From Squalus acanthias (taxonomy: Eukaryota), in the NCBI GenBank assembly GCA_030390025.1, contig CM059426.1, positions 206,274,001 through 206,338,000 on the forward strand: a stretch of 64,000 nucleotides of DNA, written 5' to 3'. Of the stretch, positions 61,270 through 64,000 are shown one piece after another; the first letter of the stretch is position 1, and each line of letters begins with the position of its first letter. The position numbers and the translations under genes were made by a program. A model generated the notes under the pieces. It was not told the origin of the DNA, ran no database searches, and saw nothing but the letters and a program-made list of their open reading frames with translations.

Positions 61270-62321
61270 TATGTCTCTTCCACCCCATTATCTACTATTG
61301 TATTTTTTAAATCAAATGCTTCATAAAGAGATGACAAAGGTAACTTTCTCTGTCATGTTTTGCAACACATGCAACATGAATGGGCAATTATGACATTGTG
61401 ATTTACAATGTGTTTCAAAACTTATCAATCATTCTGGTGTGCTCTGCTTTCTTCAAACAAATTGGTGCCGTTTCCTTAAACAGTGCAACTTTATATACTT
61501 AAGTGTTCACGATGCCTTCAGTCAGAAAGGCTGTGCTATTCAAAATACAGAGTGTCTCTCTAGTGCGTCAGTCAATGAGTTGCACTATGTCAGTCAATGA
61601 GTAGGTGGTGGGGCGGGATTTATGCAGGACTCACAGCAAGCAAGTCTGCTTCACAGCAAACAGAGTCTATTTAAACAGCGCACCAGAGCAAACAGTCTAC
61701 AGAGTCTATTTAAAAAGCATGTTTATGAACGAGAGGAAACAGACCAAAACTGTAGCAACTTCTCCCGATAAAACCACGATGATTTCTCCAGTAAAATGCA
61801 GTGAGTGGAGGGTAGTTGCATAAAACAAATTTTGCACGTGAAATCAACCCCAGTCCCCTACAGCAGTGCGGTCTCCAGGCGTGATTGACAAGGAATTACC
61901 CAATCATCTCCATTGTGACTGGGAATAGTGGTGTCACTATATGCAGCCTTCAAAATATTGTCAGCTTTTCAGTAAAAGGAGCTATTCGGAATGATTCAGA
62001 TGGAAATTCCATTGCGTGTCAAGAAAGGTTGAAGAGTGAGTCAGGTACAGGCTGCCCCATGTGTTCTTACAGAGTGTCATCTGACCTCAGTCAATAGCTG
62101 ACCACAAACCTCAACGTTAATCCAGATCAGGTAAGTCTTTGGCTGATGGTTTGGCTAGAAATATTATGGAGGATTAGGAAATGGCTGATATGTCGTGTTC
62201 ACTCTTCATGGCAAACTCCAAACCTAGTTAAACTGGCTTCAGGAGATTCCATAAGAAATGTAGATGTTTGATGAAGAATAGTATAATATTCATTTTTTAT
62301 AATACGAACTCTATATTATAA

Positions 62322-62820
62322 AAAGGATCTAGAGGCGTTGGAGAAGGTGCAAAAAAGATTCACAAGGATGATACCACAACTGAGAGGGTATACTTATCAG
62401 GAAGGATTGAACAGGTTGCGGCTCCTTTCTCTTGGAAAAGGCTGAGGGGTGACCTGATCGAGGTTTTTAAGATTATGAAAGGGTTCGAAAGAGTAAATGT
62501 AAAGAAAGTGTTTCCACTTGTGGGCGAGTCCAAAACTAGGGGACGCAAATATAAGATAGTCACTAATAAATCCAATAGGGAATTCAGGAGAAACTTCTTT
62601 ACCCAAAGAGTGGTGAGAATGTGGAACTCGCAACCACAAGGAGTAGTTGAGGCAAAAAGCATGGATGCATTTAAAGGGAAGCTCAATAAGCACATGAGGG
62701 AGAAAGGAATAGAAGAATATGCTGATTGGGTGAGATGAAGTAGGGTGGGAGGAGGCTCGTGTGGAGCATAAGTGCCGGCGTAGACTAGTTGGGCCAAATG
62801 GCCTGTTTCTGTGCTGTACA
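62322..62820 (+). mobile_element. CR1 3' fragment
   Basis: ALEKVQKRFTRMIP; ORF 62475-62738 FFTQRVVRMWNS. Confidence 0.9.
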
Positions 62821-62822
62821 GT

Positions 62823-63543
62823 CTTGACATTTGACGGCATTACCATCGCCAAATCCCCCACCAACAACATCCTGGGGGTAACAATTGACCAGAAACTTAA
62901 CTGGACCAGCCACATAAATACTGTGGCAACAAGAGCTGGTCAGAGGCTGAGTATTCTGTAGTGAGTGTCTCACCTCTTGACTCCCAAATGCCTTTCCACC
63001 ATCTACAAGGCACAAGTCAGGAGTGTGATGGAATACTCTCCACTTGCCTGGATGAGTGCAGCTCCAACAACACTCAAGAAGCTCGACACCATCCAGGACA
63101 AAGCAGCCCGCTTGATTGGCACCCTATCCACACCTTAAACATTCACTCCCTCCACCACCGGCGTACCGTGGCTGCAGTGTGTACCATCTACAAGATGCAC
63201 TGCAGCAACTCGCCAAGGCTTCTTCAGCAGCACCTCCCAGACCCACGACCTCTTCCACCTAGAAGGACAAGGGCAGCAGGCGCATGGGAACACCACCACC
63301 TGCAAGTTCCCCTCCAAGTCACACACCATCCTGACTTGGAAATATATCGCTGAACCTTCATCGTCACTGGGTCAAAATCCTGGAACTCCCTCCCTAACAG
63401 CACTGTGAGAGTACCTTCACCACACGGACTGCAGCGGTTCAAGAAGGCGGCTCATCACCACCTTCTCAAGGGCAATTAGGGACGGGCAATAAATGCTGGC
63501 CTTGCCAGTGACGTCCACATCCCAGGAACGAATTTAAAAAAAA
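62823..63543 (+). mobile_element. Zenon/Crack-like LINE 3' fragment
   Basis: Near-identical to 32980-33700; A-tail at 63536-63543. Confidence 0.9.
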
Positions 63544-64000
63544 CACTCAATGTATTAGATGTCTCGACACTGTGGAACCTTCAGGAAAGTGAATGAGATA
63601 ACAGAAAAGTCTTTGGTTGATTTAGCTGGCTCGTTTCATGCCTGTATTAAAATATGAGGTCACTTTGACATTAGTAGTTGGAAAAATCCGCGATAGTTTT
63701 ACGGGATGCTATTGTAAAAAGAAGAGGAAACGGAACTATCGGATATGTGGTGCTTCGGGGCCGGTGAGGTTGCAGCGGCAGCACGAGAACGGTGGACAGC
63801 ACACAATATTGTCGTTGGGACCAACCGGGCGTCACAGACTCGCAAATGATGGACTCCATCCTGCTGCGGGCAGTGCCACACGACATCGGCTAGTAAGTTT
63901 ATATAAATGGAACGATAAGAGGTCTGACACGCTCGTGTAGTGAATGCGTTGAGGTGAATGTTGTTGCTGTAAAAGTGGGAGAATGGTATCGTGGCTTAAT

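Noticed and set aside
62073-62136. Candidate exon (TTACAG...CAG/GTAAGT)
   Set aside because: Stops in all three frames; a non-coding exon cannot be supported without RNA data.
32915-63543. Similar 5' truncation points of four Zenon-like LINE copies
   Set aside because: Lengths vary (~620-790 bp), which is compatible with ordinary 5' truncation.

Overview
Repeat-dense, apparently non-coding (intergenic or deep intronic) vertebrate DNA. The repeat repertoire points to a cartilaginous fish, probably a shark (inference): Deu-domain tRNA SINEs of SacSINE1 type, CR1, L2, RTE, Penelope-like elements and Harbinger MITEs. I found no host protein-coding exon, rRNA, true tRNA or CRISPR array. Every recognisable ORF is a broken retrotransposon or Harbinger fragment. 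The most notable signal is two Penelope-like element (PLE) families. Their pseudo-LTRs carry minimal type-I hammerhead ribozyme cores (CUGANGA-stem II-GAAA with a palindromic AGCU or ACGU stem III), and stem I shows pairing-preserving changes between copies. They occur as inverted-arm elements and as 66-145 bp micro-insertions with their own 10-14 bp target-site duplications (TSDs). Other points: an unexplained array of four hairpins in unique DNA near 40.1-40.5 kb, several enhancer/CNE-like AT-rich blocks, a 1.1 kb G-quadruplex-type minisatellite, a large inverted pair of Harbinger derivatives, and two SINE-LINE tail-sharing pairs. All family names come from visual recognition, not database searches, and the boundaries of old repeats are approximate.
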